NCBI GenBank assembly: GCA_944393195.1
Contig: CALXZG010000006.1
Location: forward strand, 1,226 to 65,225
DNA from: an uncultured Alphaproteobacteria bacterium
Lineage (GTDB): Bacteria > Pseudomonadota > Alphaproteobacteria > CAAHEQ01 > UBA3637
Length of the DNA: 64,000 nt
Direction of reading: 5' to 3'
Of the stretch, positions 10,626 to 20,858 are shown piece by piece. The notes beneath the pieces are model-generated. The model did no database searches. It was not told where the DNA came from and was given only the letters and a program-made list of their open reading frames with translations. Both the position numbers and the translations under genes were made by a program. The number at the start of each line of letters is the position of its first letter. The first letter of the stretch is position 1.

Positions 10626-11693
10626 ATGCGTATATGGATGGCGGCTGTATTGATTTGGGGATGTTTAAGTCTGGTCGGACAAGGGGTGGCTCAAAGTGTT
10701 TCGTATGTGGGGGCCAATACTCAGAACAAGGAACAAACGCAAAAGCAAAAGAAGACGGACCTGTCAAAGATTGAATGCGGGACACCGGCTTTTCCGATGC
10801 GTGTTGCGACCGTTCCGACGAATCCGCCGTTCGGGTGGGTGGATATTTTACAAGCGGACAAGTATCAACGGGCTGTCAATGTCGGGCAGGGGTTTAGTAT
10901 TGAGCTCATTAAAAAAGTTTGTGATGATTTGGGAATTTATATGTTGCCGGTCGGGTTTGAAACGTATCAGGAGACTTTGCGCGCGTTGAACCAAGGAACA
11001 ATTGATTTGTTTGTCGGTGCCTATTATGACACGCGCTTTATTCGGACGGGAAATATTTTTGTGACTCCGGGATTTTTTAAAAACATTGTTTTGGTTATTT
11101 TTCCCAAAGGAAAAGAAAAAAAAGTTGACGGCTTTGATGATTTAATCGGTTTAAAAGGTGTTGTACGGAAGGATGAGGAATTTTATTCGTTAATCTATCG
11201 CGGATTACCGGAGGGATTGGATATTCGGCAAGTCGATTCGGCACAGGAGGCTTTTACGTTATTGATGACGGGAGAAGTTGATTATTTATTGGGAAGCCCG
11301 TATGCGGCGGAGGCGGAAGCGCGTCGATTGAAAATTGAAAATGACATTGTGTACAGTGAAAAATCATTAGCCGAGTTGGAAATGTTTTTGGTGTTTTCAC
11401 CCAATACCAAATGTTTACCGTTACGGCAGAAAATCGTGGAGCAGTTGCGCCTTGAAACGCAGGATTCAGCGGCTATTCGAAATCGCTTAATCGATCAGAT
11501 TAATGCGTGGGGGCAGCGTTTTGCCAAAGAAAAAGGGTTGTTGGAAGAAGACGATGTTTCGGAACAAGCGATACCGGTCGGCGGAGTCGCAGAGGCTTTA
11601 TCCGAGAATGAGAAAACGGATATCAATTCGGTTCCGACGGGTGGGGAGCGTGCGACCGAAAACGGTACGGTTGAGCGTGAGGCCACACGATGA
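10626..11693 (+). CDS. Periplasmic solute-binding protein (SBP family 3-like) with acidic C-terminal tail
   Basis: 355 aa with a signal peptide (MRIWMAAVLIWGCLSLVGQGVA). The SBP_bac_3-like core reads VATVPTNPPFGW...IDLFVGAYYD. It abuts the kinase stop codon. Confidence 0.6.
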   Translation: MRIWMAAVLIWGCLSLVGQGVAQSVSYVGANTQNKEQTQKQKKTDLSKIECGTPAFPMRVATVPTNPPFGWVDILQADKYQRAVNVGQGFSIELIKKVCDDLGIYMLPVGFETYQETLRALNQGTIDLFVGAYYDTRFIRTGNIFVTPGFFKNIVLVIFPKGKEKKVDGFDDLIGLKGVVRKDEEFYSLIYRGLPEGLDIRQVDSAQEAFTLLMTGEVDYLLGSPYAAEAEARRLKIENDIVYSEKSLAELEMFLVFSPNTKCLPLRQKIVEQLRLETQDSAAIRNRLIDQINAWGQRFAKEKGLLEEDDVSEQAIPVGGVAEALSENEKTDINSVPTGGERATENGTVEREATR

Positions 11694-12730
11694 AGACAGC
11701 CGTTTTTCAATTTGATTTACCGGAAGAGTTAATTGCGCATGAGCCGGTTGAACCGCGAGATCAGGCGCGCCTGCTTCATATTTTATCGGACGGTCGATGT
11801 GAGGATGCGACGGTTGCGGATTTGGATCGATTATTACGACCGGATGATTTATTGATTTTTAATGATACCAAGGTTATTCCGGCGCGTTTATACGGGATGC
11901 GCGGTGCGGCTAAAATAGAAATGACTTTATTCAAGCAGGAAAACCTGAGCGATTGGGTGACTTTGGTGAAAAATGCGCGGCGGCTTAAAATCGGGGATAC
12001 GGTTGTTTTTACGCCCGATTTTTCGGCCGTTGTCCTGCATAAAACGGAAAGCGGTGCCGTTGTGGTTCGTTTTAATAAAGCCGGTGCCGATTTAATGGAG
12101 GCTTTACATACGGTCGGGACAATGCCTTTGCCGCCGTATATTAAACGGTTGCGTGGCGGGCGGGAATCGGATAAAGCCGATTATCAGACAATTTATGCGC
12201 GACATGAGGGGGCTGTGGCGGCGCCGACGGCGGGGCTTCATTTTACGCCGGAGTTGTTTCAGCGGTTAGACGCCAAAGGGATTGAGCGGGTATTCGTGAC
12301 TCTACATGTCGGTGGGGGGACCTTTTTACCGGTTAAGGTGGATGATACGGATCAACATCGCATGCATGCCGAATTTGGTGTTTTATCGCCGGAGGTTGCC
12401 GATAAAATTAATACGGCGCGTCGGCAGAGGCGGCGAATCGTAACGGTGGGAACGACATCGTTGCGTTTATTGGAATCGGCCGCCGATGAAAACGGGGTGG
12501 TTCGTCCTTTTGCCGGAGAAACCAGTATTTTCATTACGCCGGGCTATCGGTTTAAAGCGGTTGACGTGATGTTTACCAACTTTCATTTATCGGGGTCGAC
12601 ATTGTTTATGTTGGTGTGTGCTTTCGCGGGAATTGATGTGATGAAGGCCGCCTATCAATACGCCATTGCGAATCGGTATCGTTTCTTTTCTTATGGGGAT
12701 GCTTGTTTAATTGAACCGCCGGCCAAGTAA
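11690..12730 (+). CDS. queA: S-adenosylmethionine:tRNA ribosyltransferase-isomerase
   Basis: 346 aa with FDLPEELIAHEPVEPRDQARLL at the N-terminus and PLPPYI, AAPTAGLHFT and GTTSLR motifs. Confidence 0.9.
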   Translation: MKTAVFQFDLPEELIAHEPVEPRDQARLLHILSDGRCEDATVADLDRLLRPDDLLIFNDTKVIPARLYGMRGAAKIEMTLFKQENLSDWVTLVKNARRLKIGDTVVFTPDFSAVVLHKTESGAVVVRFNKAGADLMEALHTVGTMPLPPYIKRLRGGRESDKADYQTIYARHEGAVAAPTAGLHFTPELFQRLDAKGIERVFVTLHVGGGTFLPVKVDDTDQHRMHAEFGVLSPEVADKINTARRQRRRIVTVGTTSLRLLESAADENGVVRPFAGETSIFITPGYRFKAVDVMFTNFHLSGSTLFMLVCAFAGIDVMKAAYQYAIANRYRFFSYGDACLIEPPAK

Positions 12731-12741
12731 CGGAATGGGCA

Positions 12742-13431
12742 TCAGAGTGTATACAAAATACCGACGGTTGCGATAATACCGGCCATCAGAATCATCATTA
12801 AAACGGAGAAGCCGTAACCGGCGAAGAGCAGACCTGTATTCAGGAGGATGACGGCTGTCCAGCCGACGCATGCGGCACGGGATATTTTATTGCGGGCGGT
12901 GTGTCGGCGTAGTACCCAAAGCAGTAATCGTGTCAGAAGAATGGTTAAGGCCATGCCCAACCAGAGAATAGCAAAAATAATAGCGGCCGATAAAACGGTG
13001 GCGGAAACCAATGTTTCTTGGAATGTATCGAGTAGTTTTTGGTGGGTCAGGACAGTTGTTCCATCGGGCCATGGCAATGTTTGTATTGAGCCGTTGGCTT
13101 TGAATAAAACATGGTTTGTCAATAAATAAATTCCGTCGGCGCGGTCGGCATCGGCCGGTTGATGGGAACGGGTATCAATGGTAAATACCAGGTTATCGGG
13201 GTTGACCGGGCTTGTCCATACGGTATCGGTCGGTGCCGTAATTTGACCGTTTTGGATTGTGACGGGCGGAAAGGTGTTAAGGAAAGTTTGGACTTGTTCC
13301 TGATGTGGCAGTTGACGGAGTGAGGCGTAGAAAAAGCCACCGATTAAGAGTGTCAGTATGGCGGAAAACCAAAAAAAACAACGAAAGCCACTTCCGTTAC
13401 CCGAATCGATATATGCCGATAATCTGTCCAT
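12742..13431 (-). CDS. Hypothetical polytopic membrane protein
   Basis: The ORF has several hydrophobic segments. I chose the ATG (MDRLSAY) preceded by AAGGAG rather than the upstream TTG at 13479. I recognised no family. Confidence 0.5.
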   Translation of the reverse strand: MDRLSAYIDSGNGSGFRCFFWFSAILTLLIGGFFYASLRQLPHQEQVQTFLNTFPPVTIQNGQITAPTDTVWTSPVNPDNLVFTIDTRSHQPADADRADGIYLLTNHVLFKANGSIQTLPWPDGTTVLTHQKLLDTFQETLVSATVLSAAIIFAILWLGMALTILLTRLLLWVLRRHTARNKISRAACVGWTAVILLNTGLLFAGYGFSVLMMILMAGIIATVGILYTL

Positions 13432-13493
13432 GTTTGCTCCTTTTTTTTCAAAGATAAGCCGGGATATTCTTTCTGTCAAGCAAAAAGGGCATG

Positions 13494-13518
13494 AAAAAAG
13501 GGCGGATAATTCCGCCCC
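13494..13518 (-). terminator. Intrinsic terminator after the DUF2934 gene
   Basis: On the minus strand a GGGCGGA-ATTA-TCCGCCC hairpin is followed by TTTTTT. Confidence 0.6.
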
Positions 13519-13536
13519 TTATTATCAATTATCCGC

Positions 13537-13875
13537 TTATTTCCGAATACCGTAGAACGGTTCGGCGGAGGCAACCGGTTTTACCGACTTTTTAGCCGGC
13601 GCTTTTTTAGCGGCCGGTTTTGCCATCGATTTAACAACCGAAGAGGCGCTGCTTTTTAAAGAAGAATTGCTCTTTAAAGAAGAAGCAGATGCCTTCACCG
13701 TTTTAACGGATGTTTTTTTAGCCGTCGTTTTTTTGGCGGATTTTGTGTCTGTTGAAAACAATTGTTCGCATGCTTTCATCCAGCATTCTTGTTCGGCACC
13801 TTGCGGACAACCGGCGTTTTGCCAAATGAAGTATGCCGCGACGCGGATGTTTTCTTCGTTGATTTGTTTTGTCAT
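13537..13875 (-). CDS. DUF2934-like small protein with Lys/Ala/Ser-rich basic tail
   Basis: The N-terminal segment IRVAAYFIWQNAGCPQGAEQECWMKACEQL matches my recollection of the DUF2934 signature (R-x-x-AY-x-x-W-x-x-x-G-x-P-x-G-x-x-x-x-x-W). The tail is KKTTAKKTSVK...AAKKAPAKK. Confidence 0.55.
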   Translation of the reverse strand: MTKQINEENIRVAAYFIWQNAGCPQGAEQECWMKACEQLFSTDTKSAKKTTAKKTSVKTVKASASSLKSNSSLKSSASSVVKSMAKPAAKKAPAKKSVKPVASAEPFYGIRK

Positions 13876-13961
13876 GGTAATACTCCTTTTTGTAAAGACA
13901 AAGTCAATATAATATTCTTTTATTTTTTTTGCAATACTTTTTTTTGTTTTTTTTCAAAAAG

Positions 13962-15272
13962 TTACATAGAACCTTTCGGAGGCCTGCTTCGAATGACGGA
14001 AAGTGGCGGTAAACCTTGCATTTCCGCGGGTTTGACGGGTATTTCAATTGTTTGTCCGGGGCGACCGCAGGAGACCGTTTCCAATAAATCACCGGTTTTG
14101 CCGTCATAAAAATCGGCGACGGAAAGGGGTATGGGATCCCATGTCAGCGGAGATACACCTTCCAATATCATCCCGCGGGTTATTTTATGTTTGACTTCGA
14201 CGATTAAGCGGTCGTGGTGATGTGCCCGAACGATACCGGTAAAGCGCCAATCACCGTTGCTGGCCGATACATCATAATTTTGGGCTTCGGGACCGGCGTT
14301 ACCGTCCAAAAAGCCGACGGTATAGCCGCGGGATTGTAAGGTCATGATTTCGGCCATATATTTTTCCGGAGACCAATGCGTCGGATCGGCAAACCAATCA
14401 TCGATGGCGTGCCGGTAGGCGCGGGCGGTAATGGCTACGTAATATTCGGATTTGTTGCGACCTTCGATTTTAAACGAATCGATACCGACCGGCAAAATAT
14501 CGTTTAAGCGCGGAAGCCAGCACAAATCGCGTGAGTTCATGATATAGGTGCCGTGTTCATCTTCGGTAATCGGCATCAGAGCACCGGGACGGTTTTCTTC
14601 TTCCAGATAAAAATCGGATTGCGAATCGGGATGTACAGGTGTATTTTTGTAAACTTGGTAACGCCAGCGGCAGGCGTGGGCGCAATTACCTTTATTCGCA
14701 CTGCGACCGGTCATAAAATTAGACAGGAGGCAACGGCCGGAATAGCTGACACACAGGGCACCGTGGACAAATGTTTCCAAGCGGATGTCGGGGCAATCAC
14801 AGCGAATTTCCGCTATTTCGGTTAAGGGTGTTTCGCGTCCCAAAACGCAGAGGGAAGCCCCCATGTCTCGCCAGAATTTGACAGTCAGAGAAGAGCAGAT
14901 ATTAGCCTGTGTCGAGATATGAATCGGTAAATCCGGCAGTTGTTGTCTGACGGCGGCAAAGACACCCGGATCGGCAACGATAACGCCGTCGGGTTTGAAA
15001 TCGGATAGCTTATCAATAAAGTTTTGCAGAGCGGGGATATCGCGATTGTGGGTAAATAAGTTTAACGTCAGGTAGACTTTTTTACCCAATGAATGGGCGT
15101 ACTCGATACCGGCTTTCATCTCCTCGGGCGTAAAGGATGTTTTGTTGCGGAGGGAAACAGCCGGCATACCGGCATACACGGCGTCGGCACCATACAGAAA
15201 AGCCGTTTTTAACCGGTCCAGAGAACCGGCCGGCAACAATAGTTCCGGTTTAGCGGGGTAATGGGTGGGCAT
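13962..15272 (-). CDS. Peptidase U32 family protein (YegQ/TrhP-like)
   Basis: 436 aa with PELLLPAGSL...GADAVYAG and the signature E-TFVHGALCVSYSGRCLLS...RSANKGNCAHACRW. Confidence 0.8.
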   Translation of the reverse strand: MPTHYPAKPELLLPAGSLDRLKTAFLYGADAVYAGMPAVSLRNKTSFTPEEMKAGIEYAHSLGKKVYLTLNLFTHNRDIPALQNFIDKLSDFKPDGVIVADPGVFAAVRQQLPDLPIHISTQANICSSLTVKFWRDMGASLCVLGRETPLTEIAEIRCDCPDIRLETFVHGALCVSYSGRCLLSNFMTGRSANKGNCAHACRWRYQVYKNTPVHPDSQSDFYLEEENRPGALMPITEDEHGTYIMNSRDLCWLPRLNDILPVGIDSFKIEGRNKSEYYVAITARAYRHAIDDWFADPTHWSPEKYMAEIMTLQSRGYTVGFLDGNAGPEAQNYDVSASNGDWRFTGIVRAHHHDRLIVEVKHKITRGMILEGVSPLTWDPIPLSVADFYDGKTGDLLETVSCGRPGQTIEIPVKPAEMQGLPPLSVIRSRPPKGSM

Positions 15273-15284
15273 GGAAACGGTTCC

Positions 15285-16112
15285 TTATTGATTTTGTTGT
15301 TTTTCCTGATGTGTTCGCAGGAAGGGAATGAGCATGGTCAACGGCAGCGGACGAGAAAACCAGAAGCCTTGACCGACATCGCATTCATTTTCACGCAGCC
15401 ATTTTTCCTGTTCGGATGTTTCGATGCCTTCCGCCAGAACAATTAATCCCAAGGAATGACCGAGGCCGATAATCGTCCGCATAATTGTTTCGTTGGCCGG
15501 TTTATCGAACAGGCTTTGGATAAAATCACGGTCGATTTTAAGTTTGTGGGCATCTAAATCTTTCAGATAATTAAAAGAGGCATGTCCCGATCCGAAGTCG
15601 TCAATGGACAGGCGGATACCCATGTCGCGCATCTGATGCAGGTTTTGGTGTTCAATCGCCGCCCGATCCATGTGTTTTGTTTCCGTCACTTCGCATTCCA
15701 GTTTTTCCGGTAAAATGGCATACTTGTCCAAACTTTGACGAATGGTATCCAGCAGGCTTGGGTCTTTCAATTGAATAATGGAAAGGTTAACGGACATAAA
15801 CAAATTATCAAAACCGGCCTGGTATAATTCGCGCAGATCTTTCAGTGTTTGATTGAATAAAAACGGGGTGAATTCGTTAATCAGGCCTGTTTTTTCCAAC
15901 ATAGGGATAAATTCCATGGGCGGGATAATGCCGTTCGGGCTTTCCCAACGAATCAGGGCTTCAACCCCCATCACGCGACCGGTTTTTAAATCCCATTCGG
16001 GCTGATAATAAAAAACGAATTCGTTGTTATTGAGTGCCCGGCGAAAATCGGTGGCACCGAGAATTCTTTTTTTATCGGCAAACAGGTGTTGAATCGATGA
16101 TAAAAAACCCAT
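15285..16112 (-). CDS. EAL-domain protein (putative c-di-GMP phosphodiesterase), stand-alone
   Basis: 275 aa with YYQPEWDL, EALIRW, EVTE, DDFGSG and EGIET motifs. Confidence 0.85.
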   Translation of the reverse strand: MGFLSSIQHLFADKKRILGATDFRRALNNNEFVFYYQPEWDLKTGRVMGVEALIRWESPNGIIPPMEFIPMLEKTGLINEFTPFLFNQTLKDLRELYQAGFDNLFMSVNLSIIQLKDPSLLDTIRQSLDKYAILPEKLECEVTETKHMDRAAIEHQNLHQMRDMGIRLSIDDFGSGHASFNYLKDLDAHKLKIDRDFIQSLFDKPANETIMRTIIGLGHSLGLIVLAEGIETSEQEKWLRENECDVGQGFWFSRPLPLTMLIPFLRTHQEKQQNQ

Positions 16113-16272
16113 GATGAACTCCTTGATCGTAATGAAATGATAAAATCATTTTCCTCTTATACACGGTTTTTATCAAAAAAGCACGTCTTTTTTTGAAAAG
16201 AGTGTATACTTTTTCCGTTTTTTCTTTTATAATGCCGCCAGACTCACACAAAAAAGTAAAGAGGAATGAAAA

Positions 16273-17808
16273 ATGACCAGACCTAAACCAGTAGTGTTAT
16301 GCGTCCTTGACGGTTGGGGATACCGCGCCGAAAAGGACAACAATGCCATTGAAATGGCGAATACGCCCGTGTGGCATACGTTAATTCAAAAATATCCGAC
16401 GGCGATGATACAGACATCCGGGCTTGATGTCGGATTGCCGGCGGGGCAGATGGGTAATTCGGAAGTCGGGCATACCAACTTGGGTGCCGGACGGATTGTG
16501 ATGCAGGATTTGCCGCGGATTGATGCCGCGATTGCCGATAAAACGTTGGATGTGAATCCCGTCTTGACACATTTGATTGATGCCGTTCGGACAACCGGCG
16601 GTGTGTGTCATGTGATGGGACTTTTGGGGCCGGGCGGTGTGCATGCCATGCAGACGCATATTGTGGCGTTGGCTCGAATTTTAGATCAGGCCGGCATATC
16701 GGTTGTGATTCACGGATTTTTGGATGGCCGGGATACACCGCCCGATTCGGCGCGCGGATTTGTGGCCGATTTAGAAAAGGAAATCGCCGGTATGGCGCAT
16801 GTATCCATCGGGACTTTGTCCGGCCGCTATTATGCCATGGATCGGGACAACCGGTGGGAACGGGTAGATAAAGCCTATCGGGCTTTGGTTAACGCCGAAG
16901 CGCCGCGGTTTGCGACAGCGGATGAGGCTATTGCCGCATCTTATCAGGCCGGTGTTTTTGATGAATTTATGGAACCGTGTGTGATTGGGGATTATCACGG
17001 CATGTCGGACGGCGACGGTGTGATCATGGCGAACTATCGGTCGGATCGGGCGCGGGAAATCACACGGATGTTGTTACAGCCGGACTTTGCGGCGGCCGAA
17101 CGGGTACGGGTTGTGCGATTCGCGGATGCGGTTGCGATGACGGAATATTCCGTTGATCACAATGCGTGGATGCATGTTTTATTCCCGCCGGAAGATTTAA
17201 AAAATATTTTTGGTGAGGTGGTGTCGGCGGCCGGTTTGACGCAATTGCGGATTGCGGAAACGGAAAAGTATGCGCACGTCACTTTCTTTTTTAACGGCGG
17301 TAAAGAGACGTTGTTCCCGGGGGAAGAACGGATTTTGGTTCCCAGTCCGAAGGTGGCGACCTATGATTTAAAGCCGGAAATGTCGGCGTATGAAGTGACC
17401 GATAAATTGGTTGCGGCGATTAACAGTGACGCATTTGACGTGATTGTGGTTAATTATGCCAACGGGGATATGGTCGGGCATACCGGCGTGTTATCGGCGG
17501 CGATTCAGGCGGCCGAGGCGGTGGATGCCTGTGTCGGTCGTGTTGTGGAAGCCGTGAAAGCCAAAGGCGGAGTGATGTTTATCACGGCCGATCACGGAAA
17601 TGCCGAGCAGATGAAAGATCCGGTCAGCGGTGGTCCGTACACGGCGCACACGGCGACACCGGTTCAGGCGGTATTGGTCAATGCGCCGGCCGATGTGACG
17701 GGCTTATCCGACGGGCGGTTATGTGATGTTGCGCCGACGTTGTTGGCATTGTTGCAATTATCACAGCCGGCGGAAATGACGGGGCATTCATTGCTTCGGA
17801 AAGGATAG
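16273..17808 (+). CDS. gpmI: 2,3-bisphosphoglycerate-independent phosphoglycerate mutase
   Basis: 511 aa with VLCVLDGWG, GNSEVGHTNLGAGR and ITADHGNAE motifs. Confidence 0.93.
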   Translation: MTRPKPVVLCVLDGWGYRAEKDNNAIEMANTPVWHTLIQKYPTAMIQTSGLDVGLPAGQMGNSEVGHTNLGAGRIVMQDLPRIDAAIADKTLDVNPVLTHLIDAVRTTGGVCHVMGLLGPGGVHAMQTHIVALARILDQAGISVVIHGFLDGRDTPPDSARGFVADLEKEIAGMAHVSIGTLSGRYYAMDRDNRWERVDKAYRALVNAEAPRFATADEAIAASYQAGVFDEFMEPCVIGDYHGMSDGDGVIMANYRSDRAREITRMLLQPDFAAAERVRVVRFADAVAMTEYSVDHNAWMHVLFPPEDLKNIFGEVVSAAGLTQLRIAETEKYAHVTFFFNGGKETLFPGEERILVPSPKVATYDLKPEMSAYEVTDKLVAAINSDAFDVIVVNYANGDMVGHTGVLSAAIQAAEAVDACVGRVVEAVKAKGGVMFITADHGNAEQMKDPVSGGPYTAHTATPVQAVLVNAPADVTGLSDGRLCDVAPTLLALLQLSQPAEMTGHSLLRKG

Positions 17809-17811
17809 TTC

Positions 17812-19017
17812 GTGCGCGGGTGGAGTTTATTCGTTTTGGCTTTGTGTTGGGCGGGTGCCGTGGCGGCCGCGCCCACACAGGCGGATTTGCGGCGGATTGA
17901 GCAACAAATTCAGGCAGAACGGGCTTCACAAAAAGAAAATCAGCGAAAAGCAGTTGAATTATCCGGTGAAGTACGGACGGTTCAAAATCAAATGGTTAAA
18001 TTGGCGCGCAGCATTCAGGAAAAAGAAGAAACTTTGTCGGCTTTGGAAAAAAAGCAGGAGCAGAGCCAGGCGCGACAGGCCGAATTGGAAAAACGCTTGG
18101 CTATGAGTGATCAACAGTTGGTGCGTGTGGTAACGGGGATGCAGACGTTGGCTTTGCGTCCGCCCGAATTATTATTGTTTCAAGCCTCGGCACCGTTGAA
18201 CATGTTGCGCAGTCGCATGATGATGCAATACAGTTTACCGGTTATCGGCGGGGTCAATCGGCAAACACGGTCGGACTTGGCGGAATTGAGTCAGTTGCGT
18301 TCTTCTTTACAACAGCAGATTGTTCAAATTAAGGCAGCGACGACGCAATTGAGCGAGCGGTCGGCTCAGATGGATAAATTGTATCAGCAGAAATCGTTAT
18401 TGCAGGCGCAATACAAAGCGTCGCAGGATCAGGCTTCCAAACGAGTACAGGCTTTGGCGGCACAGGCCAGCGACTTAAAAGATTTATTGGCTAAGTTGGC
18501 GGCCGAGAAAAAACGGCAGGAAGAGCAAATGCGGGCGACGCAGTCGGCGGTACAATATATCGGACAGTCTCGGCCGAGTTTTCGTATGCCGGCGACGGGA
18601 ACGGCTTTGATATCCCAATCAAAACCGGGCAGTTTCGCCAAGGTATACGGGCAGTTGTTATATCCCATTCGGGGAAATATCGTGCAATCTTTCGGGGATA
18701 CAACGATTGCCGGTGCGCATACGCGCGGGATGACGTTGCGGGGGCGGGCGCGGGCTCAGGTGGTGGCTCCGTCGGACGGGACGGTTTTGTTTGCGGGACC
18801 GTTTAAAAATTACGGGCAGTTGCTTATTTTGGACAATGGGGACAATTATTTAACTTTATTGGCCGGCATGGCGCGTATTGACACGAATGTCGGACAGACG
18901 GTTTTAGCCGGGGAGCCGATCGGTCAGATGAAAGACGGTAATCCGGATTTATACATTGAAATCAGAAAAGACGGACAGCCGGTTGATCCGGCGCCGTGGT
19001 TTGTATCGCGCGGATAG
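17812..19017 (+). CDS. Murein hydrolase activator EnvC-like (coiled coil plus M23/LytM domain)
   Basis: 401 aa with a GTG start and a signal peptide. A long Q/E/K coiled coil is followed by a C-terminal M23-like block (G-x-LLILDNGDNYLTLLAG...GEPIG). Confidence 0.8.
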   Translation: MRGWSLFVLALCWAGAVAAAPTQADLRRIEQQIQAERASQKENQRKAVELSGEVRTVQNQMVKLARSIQEKEETLSALEKKQEQSQARQAELEKRLAMSDQQLVRVVTGMQTLALRPPELLLFQASAPLNMLRSRMMMQYSLPVIGGVNRQTRSDLAELSQLRSSLQQQIVQIKAATTQLSERSAQMDKLYQQKSLLQAQYKASQDQASKRVQALAAQASDLKDLLAKLAAEKKRQEEQMRATQSAVQYIGQSRPSFRMPATGTALISQSKPGSFAKVYGQLLYPIRGNIVQSFGDTTIAGAHTRGMTLRGRARAQVVAPSDGTVLFAGPFKNYGQLLILDNGDNYLTLLAGMARIDTNVGQTVLAGEPIGQMKDGNPDLYIEIRKDGQPVDPAPWFVSRG

Positions 19018-19028
19018 GAGGACAGAAA

Positions 19029-20360
19029 ATGGCGGGAAAGAATGTCATAGTGACAGCGGCAGTTTTATGTTTGGTATCAACGATGGTGATGGGCGCTACC
19101 AAAAAAGAGGCAGAACCGATTGAGCCGAATGACCCGTATATGTTGATGGAGTTGTTCGGGGCGGCTTTCAGTACGATTAAGGAAGATTATGTTGAAGAAG
19201 CGGATGATAAAAAGCTTGTCGAAGCGGCGATTGACGGAATGTTGACGTCGTTGGATCCGCACTCCGGATTTATGGATGCCGAATCGTATGAAGAAATGGA
19301 AACACAGACGAAGGGGGAATTCGGCGGCTTGGGAATGGAAGTCAGCCTGGACAACGGCTTTGTTCGGATTATGTCACCGATTGATGATACACCGGCTTTT
19401 AAGGCTAAATTACAAACCGGCGATTATATTACGCATATTGACGGGGTATCGGTTGTTGGGTTGAGTTTAAACGAAGCGGTCAAAAAGATGCGGGGAAAGC
19501 CCAAGACAAAGGTAACGTTGACGATTTCCCGAAAGGATCAGGATCCGTTTGATGTGACCTTGGTACGGGATATTATTCAGGTGAAGCCGGTCAAATATGA
19601 GGCCAAAGGGGATATCGGTTACATTCGGATTATTACGTTTAGTGAAACGACGACGGATATGGTCAAAAAGGCCGTTACAGATTTAAAAAAGAAAATCGGT
19701 CCCAAAAACATCAAAGGATTTGTGGTGGATGTTCGTAACAATCCGGGCGGATTGTTGGATCAGGCCGTCGGTGTGTGTGATTTGTTTTTGAACGAAGGGG
19801 AGATTGTTTCCACCCGATCCCGTAAGCCGGAGGATACGATGCGTTTTTCCGCAACGGAGGGAGATGTCACGGATGGTTTACCGATGGTTGTTTTAATCAA
19901 TGAAGGATCGGCGTCGGCATCAGAAATTGTATCCGGGGCTTTGCAGGATCATCGGCGGGCCGTTATTGTCGGGTTGCAATCTTTCGGAAAAGGATCGGTT
20001 CAGACGATACGGGCTATTCCGGGATTTGGCGGTATTCGGATTACGACGGCGCGGTATTACACGCCTTCCGGTAAGTCGATTCAGGCCAAAGGGATTGAGC
20101 CGGATATTGTGATTCCGCGGGCTAAAATTGAAGAATTACCGGTTATCACAGGATTTGGCGAGGGGAACCTGCCGCAGGCTTTGTCGGCCGAGGAAGGCAA
20201 AAAGGCCAGTGAAACGGATAAGCCTAAGGCGGTTAAAGTATCGACCGGCAAGTCACCGGCCAAAACGGATGAGGCGGACAAAGCAGCCGACACCGATTAT
20301 CAATTGGACAGAGCATTGGATATTTTGCATGCAATCGCTTTGTCCCGACAACAGAAATAA
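19029..20360 (+). CDS. ctpA: Carboxy-terminal processing protease (S41) with PDZ domain
   Basis: Motifs GFGGLGMEV, the PDZ segment GDYITHIDG, and VVLINEGSASASEIVSGALQD with FGKGSVQT. The start was chosen at the ATG after a GGAGGA RBS; the track ORF begins at 18996. Confidence 0.9.
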   Translation: MAGKNVIVTAAVLCLVSTMVMGATKKEAEPIEPNDPYMLMELFGAAFSTIKEDYVEEADDKKLVEAAIDGMLTSLDPHSGFMDAESYEEMETQTKGEFGGLGMEVSLDNGFVRIMSPIDDTPAFKAKLQTGDYITHIDGVSVVGLSLNEAVKKMRGKPKTKVTLTISRKDQDPFDVTLVRDIIQVKPVKYEAKGDIGYIRIITFSETTTDMVKKAVTDLKKKIGPKNIKGFVVDVRNNPGGLLDQAVGVCDLFLNEGEIVSTRSRKPEDTMRFSATEGDVTDGLPMVVLINEGSASASEIVSGALQDHRRAVIVGLQSFGKGSVQTIRAIPGFGGIRITTARYYTPSGKSIQAKGIEPDIVIPRAKIEELPVITGFGEGNLPQALSAEEGKKASETDKPKAVKVSTGKSPAKTDEADKAADTDYQLDRALDILHAIALSRQQK

Positions 20361-20369
20361 GGAGGCTTC

Positions 20370-20855
20370 GTGGCGCGCGGGTATCGGCCGAATGTCGGAA
20401 TGATGATTATCAATCGGGAAGGGCGAGTTTGGATGGGACTTCGCGCCCGATCAGAGGGAATGGCCTATCGGATGCAAATGCCGCAGGGTGGTATCGACAA
20501 AGGGGAAACGCCGATAACGGCCGTTTATCGCGAAATGCGTGAAGAAACGGGACTGCATCCGAAAGATGTACGGTTGTTGACTGTCGCCAAGAAGTGGTAC
20601 AAATATGATTTACCGCCGACGGTACGGCGTCGGCGATCCATTCGCGGGCAGCGACAAAAGTGGTTTTTGTTTTTGTTGACGGCGGGGGAAGAGGCTTTTA
20701 ATTTATCATCCGATGTGTATCAAGAATTTATTGATTACCAATGGATGGCGTTGGAAGATATTGCCGATGCCGTTATTCCGTTTAAGCAGGCTGTTTACCG
20801 GCATGTCATTGATGATTTCCGCCCGTATGTGGAGCGAGTGCGGCAAGGCGGCTGA
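20370..20855 (+). CDS. rppH: RNA pyrophosphohydrolase (Nudix)
   Basis: 161 aa with a GTG start after AGGAGG. YRPNVG opens the protein and the Nudix box reads GGIDKGETPITAVYREMREETG. Confidence 0.88.
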   Translation: MARGYRPNVGMMIINREGRVWMGLRARSEGMAYRMQMPQGGIDKGETPITAVYREMREETGLHPKDVRLLTVAKKWYKYDLPPTVRRRRSIRGQRQKWFLFLLTAGEEAFNLSSDVYQEFIDYQWMALEDIADAVIPFKQAVYRHVIDDFRPYVERVRQGG

Positions 20856-20858
20856 TTT

